Origin: Podarcis vaucheri
Lineage: Eukaryota
NCBI GenBank assembly: GCA_965113315.1
Contig: OZ220382.1
Length of the DNA stretch: 64,000 nucleotides
Direction: 5' to 3' (one strand)
Positions 23,745-35,053 of the stretch are shown here, one piece after another. Numbering within the stretch: the stretch's first letter is position 1; the number at the start of each line of letters is the position of its first letter. Position numbers and translations under genes: made by a program. The notes under the pieces are model-generated. The model was not told the DNA's origin and ran no database searches. It saw nothing but the letters and a program-made list of their open reading frames with translations.

Positions 23745-25743
23745 TACAGGCTGTGCTGTAAAATGCTTATTTCAAATAATCTGTCAGTAACTTCCTTTCA
23801 GAATTGTCCCATTTTCTCTACCATTCTGGAGAACTTCAATATTACCAAGCATACAGATCTCACAACTTTCTTTCCTGGGAGTGTGGAGGAGGAACACACC
23901 ATAAATAACAGAAAATAGAATCCATCATGTGGCTAACCTGCAAGATGCATTTGCAAGCTTTGTTGCCCTCTTTCAGAACTGTACAACTTCATCCTTTGCC
24001 AGAAGTTCTTAAGTTCTCTTCTTTTTAAGTGAGATCAAAAGCTCTCTTTCTCCATGCCTGAAGGAAATGAAGTCTGAAAGCTAAGCCCTTCGGCTACCCC
24101 TCCAGAAACATGATACTTCCTCAGATAAGCTCAACCACCTTTGGAAACGGGATACCTTTCACCTACCAAGCCAGGTGGCATCATTCCTGGAGTCACTTTT
24201 GGACTTGAGATTCTGATTCAACAACTTTCTAATGTTGTTTTCTATCCATCTCACACTTCCATTGTGCTATTTCTTTGCCCTGTAAAAAGATAACTATGAT
24301 CTCATCTTCTGTTCCCACCAAGCACCTTTATGCATAAACACAAGGACATTTGTTTTGGTTCTTGAGGGGCTTCCTTTTAAAGTTTTATTACTGTGATGTT
24401 TTCTATACACTTCTATTTTCCTAAACTTCACTAAAAGTAATAAGGTTATTTTGCTGGCCAAGCCCATCCCATGATGGTGTGAAGAGACAAAAACAGCAAG
24501 CTTATATGGATATTCTCATAGGGTTCTGCAAAGATCAATCACATCTGTGCATGTTTTCTCATCCTCTGTTTGCTCATTAAAATAATCAAAGGAAGACTCA
24601 ACCTTTAGCAACACAACATATTCGTTCTAGGGTTGGCAGGTTATGTTTGAGAAACCCACATATGGTATAACAACAGATCCTAAAGCTTAGCAGGATTTGT
24701 GTTGTCGGAACTGAAAGGGAGGGGAAAAAACTCAAAGCTATGCATGATTTTTCAATGACTTGCTCCTCTTTACCTAGCACGAAAAGTAAATACCCATTGT
24801 AATCAGTATTTCAGCAGACACAGTCCCCAAAGGGTTTGCATTCATTTGTAACATTTTTGAGAGGCCAAGGGAGCAATTCTTTGCAGAAGGAGCTGGTGTA
24901 ACAGAAGCTGGTTTAAGTTAAGCAGTTGTAAATTTACACCAGATCCAAAACCTGTTCAGTAGTGAGACAGCTGCTGCCACTCTGCCTAAGTCTGAGGGAA
25001 AGCAAACTTTTAAAAATAATGTTATATGCCGGGCAGCCTGGTCACATGATCAGGCTCAATGGGTTGGGGATCCAGCCTAAGTTCCCTTTCTTTGCTCCCA
25101 CACCCCCCATGCCCCTGGAGCACCCCTTTGTGGGGGAGGGGGCAGATTTGCACTGTCCTAGGCTCAACCAGCTAAACCGGGATGTGCAAATTATGCTGGC
25201 ATATCTTCAGCTGAGCCATGAGTGGGGACATAACCCTGGCTGAGCCTAGCTGATCCAGGAAGCAGCCAGCTGAGCCAGAGAGCCACTTCAACCTAAAGCT
25301 GCTAATTCTAACACTTCTTGCCACAGGATTGCCTTTGTTGGTTCTTAAAAGCATGTTACATTTTTAAAGGTGTGCCTCTACAAATATATTTGAACACCTA
25401 CAAATGTAAGGTATATGAATGAAACTAGCATGGACACATTAAATTAAGCATGTACATGTGCCAATTAAATGTGCACATTTGCTAAAAAGCTAGGATTTGA
25501 CATTAGCTCCCAGCTAGCACAGCTACTTGATTTGATCCTGTGTAATTATCGTGATTGATTTGTGGGCCACCTTTCCATAGGAAGTCATATTCAAGATGCC
25601 TCACAATGTCAAAAGAGTTTACAAAATTTGCTAAGAGACACAAAACTTAACAAAATTAAAATAACAATATATATTAAGCTAGTGAGAATATATCTTATTA
25701 AAAAATACACAATAAAATAAACTTTCCACCAATCATTCATAAT

Positions 25744-26125
25744 AAAGGTAAAGGTAAGGTAAAGGACCCCTGGACAGTTAAGTCCCATCAAAGGTGACTA
25801 TGGGGTGTGGCGCTCATCTCACTTTTCAGGCCAAGGGAGCCAGCATTTGTCTGCAGACAGCTTTCCGGGTCATGTGGTTAGCATAACTAACCTGGCACGC
25901 GGAGGACAGTGACGAGTGCCAGAGTGCATGGAAACACCATTTACCTTCCCTCTGCAGTGGTACTTATTTATGTACTTGCACTGGTGTGTTTTCAAGCTGC
26001 TGGGTTGACAGAAGCTGGGACAGAGCAACAGGAGCTCACGCCATTCTGCAGATTTGAACTGCCAACCTTCCGATCGGCAAGCCCAAGATGCTCAGTGGTT
26101 TAGACCACAGCGCTACCCATGTCCC
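25744..26125 (-). mobile_element. Sauria SINE, full length, older copy
   Basis: Tail AAAGGTAAAGGT; head CCACAGCGCTACCCATGTCCC; flanking repeat ATCATTCATAATA. Confidence 0.9.
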
Positions 26126-27512
26126 CATCATAATATCATCATTCATAATAAAAACACAAAAACATACTTTCCTCTTTCAATGAGCCTTTTAAGTTGAGAA
26201 CTTTCTCTATCCACGTCTGTATTAGAATTGTTATTTTAAGAAGTTTAAAATATACTTTTATTATTTGTGCTTATGTTTTGTTTGCTTCCCTGGGCTCATT
26301 TGGGCTAAACAATCAAATTTACATGACATCAAACTAAATGCTTACAGTGAGCTACACTATTTGATGATTCTACAATAAGTTAGGTCATTGCTTCTTCTTC
26401 TGCAGCTAGCAAAGTCTTACAACTACAGATCTTTCCCAAACTTTAGATACAGGCCCAGTTCAAACCCTCACCGAAAACATGGCTTACGGTATATGAACAT
26501 AAATGAGCAGCAATGAGCCTCAGGCTCAAGTGGATCGCCTCTCTCCTCCTCCTTCAGAGGAGAAGAATGAAAACAAGTATTCGCTATGCATGAACTCAAA
26601 GAGCTATAGTTTCCTCCAACCACAGTTTAAACAAACTGTTTATCTTGGTAACTTGGATTAACAGATTAGCTGAAAGAGCTTGTCGGAACAATTTGCAGTG
26701 TGCCATTCACACCATCTGTGACATCTGCCATTGCATCTACCATAGAAAATAATAACTTCATTGTAGAAAAGCTGGGAGCACAAAATAAGAGATGCTTGGC
26801 ATTCTGGGTGCGCATCCATTAAAAAACTACCAGTGCCATGTGGGAATAACTGTTCTAGTCTCCATTAAAGACCATGGTGATAAGATTGCAGCCTGTTATC
26901 ATTCTCCTTTCAAATCTCCTGGCTGCTACAAGCTTCTTTCCGCGAGTCCCGCAGCTGGTGATGTGTTTGAAATAAAATTACATATACAGACACAACCAAG
27001 GGGGCCTCTCACCGTTGCTCCATTTCTTCTGCTTTGTATAGCAAGCATAGCAACAACAAAAAGGAGCTTTTCTTCATTTCTCGAGAGTCGACAGAGATGT
27101 GCAGTGACTAGCAATCGATGCCAAATAGCCTTGCTTTCTGCAGCATAGAAATTCACATTAGTTTTAAAAAGCATTTTAGATTTGTTGTTCCTAAAGGGGA
27201 GGTGCGGGGGGGGGGGAAGCTACACAGCATAATCCAATCTTAATTCTGAAATCAGCCTGGTGATCCACAGCATGACATTCTGGCAGGTTAATGCTTAAGC
27301 CTTTGCTTCATCTGAGCTGCATGCTAGGAAAAGACTGGATATAAGGTTTGCTCAGGTGTGTGTGTGTGTATATAGAGGAGGTGGTGGTTTGGGATGTTGG
27401 CAAACTTAATAGCTGGGTTATTTAGCTATGGCTGTAGCTAAGTTGTAAACTACCTGCCTTGTATGCAGAAGGTCCCGGGCTCAATCCCCAGCAACTCCAG
27501 GGAGGACGGAGA

Positions 27513-28052
27513 GCAGGGCCGGCCCTCCAGCAGCAGGATCACAGGGGCAGCAGATCTGGCCTCCCAGGAATGCATCACTCACTGCCACTGCCCCTGCTGC
27601 AGCAGTGGCAGCAAGATCTGTAGTATGCTCCTTGGAAGCTAGATCTGCTGCTTCCTCAGAAGCAGCAACCACCAAATGCCGCCTTTAGAGTATCCTCTTG
27701 GTGAATAGGATGCTTCCATCCCTTTGTCAGGCTTGACCCAAGGGAGGAGTTGTGGCCTGCTCTCAGCATTAGGCTGCTCTGCAAGAAAGTTGCCTCCACA
27801 GTTCCCTCGTGCACTGGATTCCCACATCAGGGAGGGGCGGCAGCAGTGTTCTCTGCCGCTTCTGCTCCCTGGGTTGGGTCTGGGTGAGGTTGGTGGCTGT
27901 GCCCTCACACAAACCCTCAGCCAGCCCAGGAGCAGCCCGAAGGAGAAGGAGCCACTGCTGCTGCCGCACCAGCCCCGGGCCCAGGTGCAGTTTCTCCTCA
28001 AAAAAATGTGCCTGGGGGGTCCCCTCCACCCCCACCCCCTGCTATGCCATGG
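27513..28052. mobile_element. GC-rich degenerate hAT-like non-autonomous element(s)
   Basis: Starts CAGGGCCGGCCC, ends GCTATGCCATGG; internal inverted repeats GCGGCAGCAG/CTGCTGCCGC. Confidence 0.4.
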
Positions 28053-28707
28053 CTCATGCATGGCAACTATGAGAACGAGACACTGGACTAGATAGGCCAA
28101 TGGCCTGATGATCCATCAGGTTCTTCTCATATTCTTATGTTCTTGATCAGAAATATATATTTCTGTTCTGGTTCTCCAAGATGCAAAGCCATTTCATTTT
28201 CCACCTACCATTTTGTGTAACACACCAAATCATGGTAGGGATACATGTTTATTGGCCCTTAGATAGCAAGACATTATTGAATTGTGTCCATTGCAAGCAA
28301 AAAATAAATTTAAAAAAATCCAGCACACAGTTCTATTCTTTCAAGTGGTACTTGCATGAACACATGGGTAAAAAGCAGATTCATGTGTGCACATATGTAG
28401 ACATGTAAGCAAATCTAGTACTGTGTGAGGGGAGAAAGGATATCAGAAACACAGAAGAAAATGATTCGCAGAATGAATCAGAGAAAGAGAAGGGCATAGC
28501 AGAAAGACACAGAGAGAAAAGGGGTGGTCACTTGTTACTCTGATGCCTCCCACCATTGGCCTTCTCAAGTTACCTCCAAAAGGGTGTGGCACTTGACGGG
28601 GAGGTTGCTCTAAAATAGTTGGCTGAGTGGTACTGCATCTGCTTTGCATGCAAAAAATCCCAGGTTAAATCCATGGCATCTCCAGATGGAGCTGGGGGAG
28701 AATCTTG

Positions 28708-29654
28708 TTGTGATTCGAGGACCCGTCCCCTTAGCTTGGGATAAGAAAGACACATGGACACAGTATTTTAGGTTTTTGGGCTAAAAAAAGGCCACAACTT
28801 TATTGATTACAGCATGTAAGAGGTATTGGCTTAGGCATTGGAATAACAGCAACATTGACTCCACCCACTCAGTGAGGGGTGAGTCTAGCAGGGGTTAATC
28901 ACCAGTAGGGGGAGCCTGTTGACAGTGGCGTAGCATGGGGGGTGCAGGGGGGCAGGCCGCACCGGGCGCAACATCTGGGGGTTAGGGTTAGGGGGCGCAA
29001 ATCCACAGGTTAGGGGGCGCAAATTACTTGCCTTGCCCCAGGTGCTGACAACCCACGCTACGCCACTGCCTGTTGATGCAAATACAACTGTAAGCTCTCC
29101 CCTGATGTCAACGGGGTAATGCCATGGCCACCAGCCCAGCTGGGCATCGGACATTATCCATGACCGCCGGATTCCTTTAACGGAATACCCATAAAAGAAG
29201 GGGTAGATGATGGCCACACCCTACCCTTCCATACACCAACCACACGTTCCAATGCCTAACTGCCAATACCAAAAAGTTGTGATGAATTGCTACGAGGTAG
29301 GCAAAAAACCAAGTGGCCGGTGCCAATTTGCCAAATGGAAAAAACTCCTACCAGGCCCCCTAGGCAACCAGGGCAACCAACCATAGGTCCACAGCAAGGT
29401 CAGGCGCAAAAGGAATGACTAGAGGGAGGGTGGGTGGGTGACCCAATGAAGAACCCGGCAGCGCAATGAGGAACGGGGCTGCTGCGGCCGCGTTTAAGCG
29501 GCTAAACCCCGCCCCCATGCCTGCTGCTGATAGGCAGGATTAATGGGGGTGTGGCGCGTCAGTGATGTCGTAGAGCAGGGGCTGGAACGCCCCCTGCTCC
29601 GCGCGGGAACAGTTCCCGATCACAATGCCTCCCCTCCGTGAGGAGGAGAGGATT
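28708..29654 (-). mobile_element. ~0.8 kb structured non-coding element (copy E2), putative DIRS/Ngaro-like derivative, no TSD
   Basis: Cleanly interrupts the SINE with no visible duplication; minus strand has a CpG-rich promoter-like end, CACCCACCCACCCTCCC, and AATAAAGTTGTGGCC near its 3' end. Confidence 0.65.
28923..29068. mobile_element. hAT MITE (146 bp)
   Basis: TIR CAGTGGCGTAGC/GCTACGCCACTG; perfect 8-bp TSD CCTGTTGA at 28915-28922 and 29069-29076. Confidence 0.95.
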
Positions 29655-29696
29655 TCTGAAACATTGGAGAGCTGCTGCAAGTCAGTTTTGACAATA

Positions 29697-29926
29697 CAGT
29701 GGTGCCCCGCAAGACGAAATTAATTCGTTCCGCAATTTTTGCCGTCTAGCGAATTTTTCTTCTTGCGAAGCACGGTTTAAACGGTTTAACAAACTCGCGG
29801 GACGTTTTCGTCTTGCGAAGCAAGCCCATAGGGGAATTCATCTTGCGAGGCAAATCGCGAATGAAAAAACCTTTCGTCTAGCGAGTTTTTTGTCTTGCGA
29901 GGCATTCGTCTTGCGGGGCACCACTG
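29697..29926. mobile_element. Tc1/mariner-pogo MITE, young
   Basis: Perfect 22-bp TIR CAGTGGTGCCCCGCAAGACGAA; TA TSD on both sides; internal TCTTGCGA repeats. Confidence 0.95.
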
Positions 29927-31262
29927 TACTGAGTTCAATAAACAAATGGTCTAGCTCAGTATAAGTCAGCTTTCTATGCTGTACATTGCTATGCTTCAGA
30001 AGGATTGCTGAGGCATTTTTCTTTTCTTTTTTTTTTACAGGAACTGATTGCAGCCCCCTTTTTAACCCAGAAGGGGTTAAGGGGAAAAAACAAACTTTTT
30101 TTTGAGAGGGAAGAATTACTGTTGTGTGTTGCAAAAACAAGATCACCCACAAGGGACAAAAAGGCATTTGTATTATTAACAGTTAAATGCATCATGGTTT
30201 CTGTTTAAGTACAATTTTGATGAATTGGTTCTAAAAATAGTATTGATCTGAGTAATCAATCTTACACCTTTTGTCAAAAGGGAACCCCCGCCCCCACACC
30301 AAAACTACAATATTGATTACCTGCATCTGTACTATACCCAAGAAAGAAAGGAAAAAGCATTTCTAGGCAACCCGGGCTTTGCTACCACTGAAATCTAAGG
30401 CAATATTAAGGGGGGAGGACCCTCTTTATTTCACTCACATTTGCCACTAATTCTTCATCTCTAAGAAATGGTCAAGCTCAGTGAGGCTCGGACAAGCAAT
30501 TTTCCTAACCACCCAAGTTAACACAGCACACAACAATGACTTAAAAAGCAAATTACATTTCTAAATGCTCACCTGCAAAATATAGGTTAAGGGCACCTTG
30601 CCATTTGCTGCAAAAGAACAAAATATGTTGTGAATCTCTATGTTCTGAAAAAGCGAAAACAAACAAGAAACTGCAGAGTGGATACTTGATTGCTTCCAAC
30701 TGATTTGTGCACACTGAAAAGAGCAGATCAGCCTTCCTCAACCTGACAGCCTCCCTATATTTTGGACTACAAGTCCCATTATCCCTGATCATTGGCCATG
30801 TTGGATAGGGAGAGGTAGTCTGAAACACCTGGAGGGGAAGACTGGTGCAGGGATAGCATATTCTTTTTCCTCTTGTAGGAACATAAAAAGCTGCCTTTTG
30901 CCAAACTGAACCGCTAGTGCATCTATAGTCCAACAAGTCAAGCATCCTGTTTCCAACAATGACTAGCCAGATCTTTTGTGAAGCCCACAAGGAAGAACAA
31001 AAGGCAAGGGCCCTCTGCCAATGTTTCTCTGCAAACAGTATTGAAAGGTACAACTGAGGCATGCAATAACAAGTTGCATTCTGCCCACACTTCCTAGTAG
31101 TTATGCTCTATTCAAGGTTCCTTACAGTAAGCCATCTCCTCCTCTGAGAAGCTATCAGCTATAAAGAGCTACAGCATTCTACCTTTCCTCCAATCTTCTT
31201 ATTTTCCTTTTACTGCTAACAGTTAAAGTGCCTTGGCCACCTGCCAGTGTGATGTGATGTGA

Positions 31263-31467
31263 TGCCAGCGTGGTGTAATGGGAGCCCTGGGTTCAAGTCC
31301 ACACTCAGCCATGAAGCTTACTGGGTGACCTTGGGCAGAGCCATAGCCTCTCAGCCTTCCCTACCTCACAGAGTTGTTGTGAGGATAAAATGTGGAAGGG
31401 AGAATCATGCACACCACCTTGAGCTCCTTGGTGGAAAAGGTTGCATGTAAATGTAATAAATAAAAAA
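31263..31467 (+). mobile_element. MIR/CORE-like SINE
   Basis: B box GGTTCAAGTCC; CORE-like CTGGGTGACCTTGGGC..GTTGTTGTGAGGATAAAATG; AATAAATAAA tail. Confidence 0.75.
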
Positions 31468-31498
31468 TACTGAAGATGCCCATTTGGGCTGGCATTTT

Positions 31499-31728
31499 TC
31501 AGTTACGAACTTAATTCGTTCTGGAGGTCCGTTCTTAACCTGAAACCGTTCTTAACTAGAGGCGTGCTTTCGCTAATGGGGCATCTTATTGCTGCTGCAC
31601 CGCCGGCACACGATTTCTGTTCTCATCCAGGGGCAAAGTTCTCAACTCGAGGTAACTCCTCCAGGTTAGCTGAGTTTGTAACCTGAAGTGTTTGTAACCT
31701 GAGGCATTTGTAACTCGAGGTACCACTG
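31499..31728. mobile_element. Tigger-like MITE, left end truncated
   Basis: Right TIR TAACTCGAGGTACCACTG|TA; inverted copy of 4896-5125. Confidence 0.85.
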
Positions 31729-32229
31729 TAGTTCTAGCTCCAGTTCAGCATGCCCCCAAGGGATCTAATTGCCACTTACATTAATCCTTTTACAAAACAA
31801 ATTAGTTGCTATGATTGCAGAACTGTGAGCAATCCTGGGGCAGCCACCACACATGCAGTACTGTCTTAAACTTTCTATACTACCTGATTTATTTGCATGA
31901 GCTGATAAGCCCCGAGGACTTAAATATAAGTGGTTGGACAAGGCTGCCATGTCAGAACTACCATTTCCAGCACCACAAACCTTAGCAGCAGAGTCTTTCC
32001 TATGTTTCCCACCCCCACCCCCCTAGGATCTTCTGCAGTCCAGGTGCCTTCGAATTTTCTAATTATTATTGTTTATTTGCATATCAAAGTAAAGAACTGA
32101 GGTAAAGCTTGCCAAAATGTGATTAAGGGAATTACACTCTTTACTTAGTGCCGCCAATTGCTTTCTTGTTGGTTTTAATGAGTTCACTGTATATTCAGGG
32201 TGCTACAGGAGGCCACAAAACAAATTTGT

Positions 32230-32420
32230 TCAACTTTGTTGTCTATTCTTCAACCACAATCAATTGGAGGGGGGTTAACTCCCATATTTTCCTGCTGGTG
32301 TAGACTCACAATCTGTAGAGAGGATCCTGTTCTCCATACTATATCTACAGCGGCTGCAGAGGTCTCGTGATCTTGGTTTTAAGCTTCCAGATCTGGAAAG
32401 ATATACGGTACATGGGTTTT
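32230..32420 (+). mobile_element. Possible ancient L1/Tx1 ORF2 fragment
   Basis: Translates ..QRLQRSRDLGFKLPDLERY, resembling the L1 GGL.LPD...YY motif; short and degenerate. Confidence 0.3.
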
Positions 32421-34394
32421 ATTATAATTAAAGTAAAATCCATCTTTGTTATTTTTTTGCCATGCACGTGGTCCAGATGGGGGGGGGGTACATGTTCATT
32501 CTGGGGTGATCACCACAGAAAACAAAAGACAAAACACTGAGGAGCAAAAGATGCACACCACATGCTGAAGAGACAAGCCCACTTTTCAGTTTACTTTAAA
32601 AAAAAATATTGTGGCTTGTCTTCTTAGCAATGCAAACAGATGCATGAAAAAAATCAAAGCACCTTGCTTTGTGCATGGTTTAATGAATGGTTCTGCTCTT
32701 TATATCTGTTTATAGCTTTGTTGGATCATGACCACAAAGAATAAACGCACAGCTTGAAGTCTAGCTCAGATGCTTTTGAAGCATCCTCTCCCTTGTTGAC
32801 TGGAAGATTAGAAAATATGGACATTATATATATCACATATAATATATGTGGAGGATGATGAGGAGAAGTGTCCCACTTCATTGTTGCTATACCTTTAAAT
32901 TCAACTTTCTCCAGGTTGCATCCTGGCAGTTCTATTTCCAGATGTTTCAAATTTTGCAAACCAACACCCCATCTAGAAATGTGTCGGCGCCAAACTACTT
33001 TGTGCCCGCAGAGAAGCATATAATTTCATACCTATCAAGCAGGCTTTCACTATCTAACAGTTTCTGAAACTGCTACATTTCTTTCATCTTTCCTGCATAG
33101 GCACAATTGCCTTCTTTCCGAAGAAGCAATTCTGAAGGGAAGGAGAAGTTTTTTTAAAAAAGAGATTCTGAAAAAGATGGCAGCTGGAGTCTGCTGCAGA
33201 AACTTCTGAAGTCGCATTAAATTTTTATCAGATGTCCAAAGGGGGCACTGTTTGATGCTAAGCATTTTTCCCTCTCCTCTCACCGCCCCCCCCCTTTCCC
33301 ATGTACTTTCAAACAGATTTAGCCAAGCCGTTTTAATATAAATTATTCCTCTGATTATCGGATGTTGCTCTAAACAAGGCAGGTAGTAAGTAGTGATGTT
33401 TGTTTGAAGAGATGTTGGTGAGGAGGGTCAGGGGAAGGGAGGAAGACAGGGGAAAGCGCCTTTCAAAAATAACCAACTTGACTGAGTATGCCATTTTTCA
33501 CTTTGCTATAAGGAATGGGTTCAACGGAGCATTAAAGCCCAGATTACCACAGAGACATCCCAATGCTAGATACCAAGTCAGGAGACATCCCAGTTACTTT
33601 CCTAATTTATGTGTCCCGTCATATCCTTCTGCCAAGGCTGAGTCCCATGACGGATGGAGCAGGCTAATTCGAAAGGCATATGCCGCACTTCATCTTCTCT
33701 CAAGATGCTGAGATGGTGGCAGAAGCTGACACTGGAGCTAAAAGATTTATGGTGATAAGCAGTGTGTGGCCTGCCAAGGCGTGCATTAAACAATGACCGA
33801 CTTCCTCACTCATTGAGTACGCCCGCTAATTAGACCACAGATGCCACATTGAGTTAAGTGTGGCACCCGTGTGTCGAAGGGGGCGAGTGAAGTTGATCAG
33901 GCATTTGGCAAACAGCAATCACTCAGGAAAGCAGCCTCCTGAGACTCAATGTGTTTTTATCCTGTCATGTGCAGTGTATGTTTTATAGCACTTGCAGGAC
34001 AGTAGGGGGTGACCAAATCTGTCAATTTTGTTTTCTTTCGGTTCTTCATCCCCACCCCCCGCTGCCACCGCCCCCAAATGTTAAGTGCAGTTCTCTGTAT
34101 TTCTGCAACTTACTGCAATTCTTTTTCTGTCCTCATGAAAATTCATCAGCATTTTAGAGAAAATTTTCCCTAATGTAATGCATTTTCACTAATATATGCA
34201 TTTGTATGCACACTTTACCCTAGTTCCTATACATTACAAAAGCATGCAAACTTTCATTTCAGCTCTGTATTTTGGCAATATTGCTCCAGGTCACAGGAGG
34301 AAAGGGGGAAGCCCCTCCAAACCCAAAAAGAAGACAAGGAGGGTCCAAATGATGCCTTTTTTATAAAAAAAAATAAAGTCATAAAATAAATATA

Positions 34395-35053
34395 TCGTAT
34401 TTTGCGCTCTATAGGATGCACCCGACCATAGGACGCACCTTGTTTTAGAGGGGGGGGGCCTTCCATTTCTCCTTCCGCTTTGCTGAAGGGGCAATGCGCA
34501 GAGAGAGGGAGAATTTTTTGTTTCTTGTTCTCCCCCTCTAAAACAAGGTGCGTTCTGTGCGTTCAAGGTGCGTTCACCCGAGGCCTCCGGAGCACAGCGG
34601 GAGTTCCCGCTGCACTCTCGAGGCTTCAGGCAGCTACCTTGGAAGCCTGGAGAGCAAGAGGGGTCGCTGCGCACTGACCCCTCTCACTCTCCAGGCTTCA
34701 GTGAAGGCAACCCGAAGCCTCAGGAGCACAGTAGGAGTTCCCACTAGGCTCTGGAGGCTTCGGGTTCCTTTCAACCTGCTCTTTGGGGCTGCTGGGGGGA
34801 AGTACTGCTTTCCCCCACCGCCAGCCCCAAAGAGCAGGTCGGGGAACAGCGGAAAGGCTGCCTTCCCACTGCCCCCCAAGCTTGTGGGGCTGGCAGTGGG
34901 GGGAAGCACTGCTTTCCCTCACCGCCAGCGTCAAAGATCCCTGAAGCCTTCGGAGCGCAGCACAAGTCCCCACTGCGCTCTTCAGGCTTCGGGTTCCTTT
35001 TGCTGAAGCCAGGACTTTCCTGGCTTCAGCGAAAGGAACCTGAAGACTCCGGT
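34395..35053. mobile_element. Non-autonomous pogo/Tc2-like element (CCGTA-type terminus) with foldback internal repeats
   Basis: TA|TCGTATTTTGCGCTCTATAGGATGCAC left end; inverted repeats 34430-34456/34532-34556, 34774-34791/34822-34839, 34987-35014/35018-35045. Confidence 0.65.

Larger units (their letters stand above)
28612..29980 (+). mobile_element. tRNA-derived SINE (Squam3-like) split into three parts by nested insertions
   Basis: Head 28612-28707, middle 29655-29696 and tail 29927-29980 reconstitute a copy collinear with 44661-44853. Confidence 0.8.

Noticed and set aside
27481-28100. Multiple overlapping ORFs up to 153 aa
   Set aside because: GC-rich palindromic repeat open on both strands; no homology cues
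28977-29020. Interstitial telomere or chromosome fusion site
   Set aside because: Only three TTAGGG units, inside a TSD-flanked MITE
33230-33890. CTCF-like motifs (AAGGGGGCAC, AAGGGGGCGA; weaker ones at ~2640 and ~10325)
   Set aside because: Mismatches at core positions; cannot be supported without a PWM scan or ChIP data
34291-35006. Overlapping ORFs up to 152 aa
   Set aside because: Inside a foldback element; no transposase motifs
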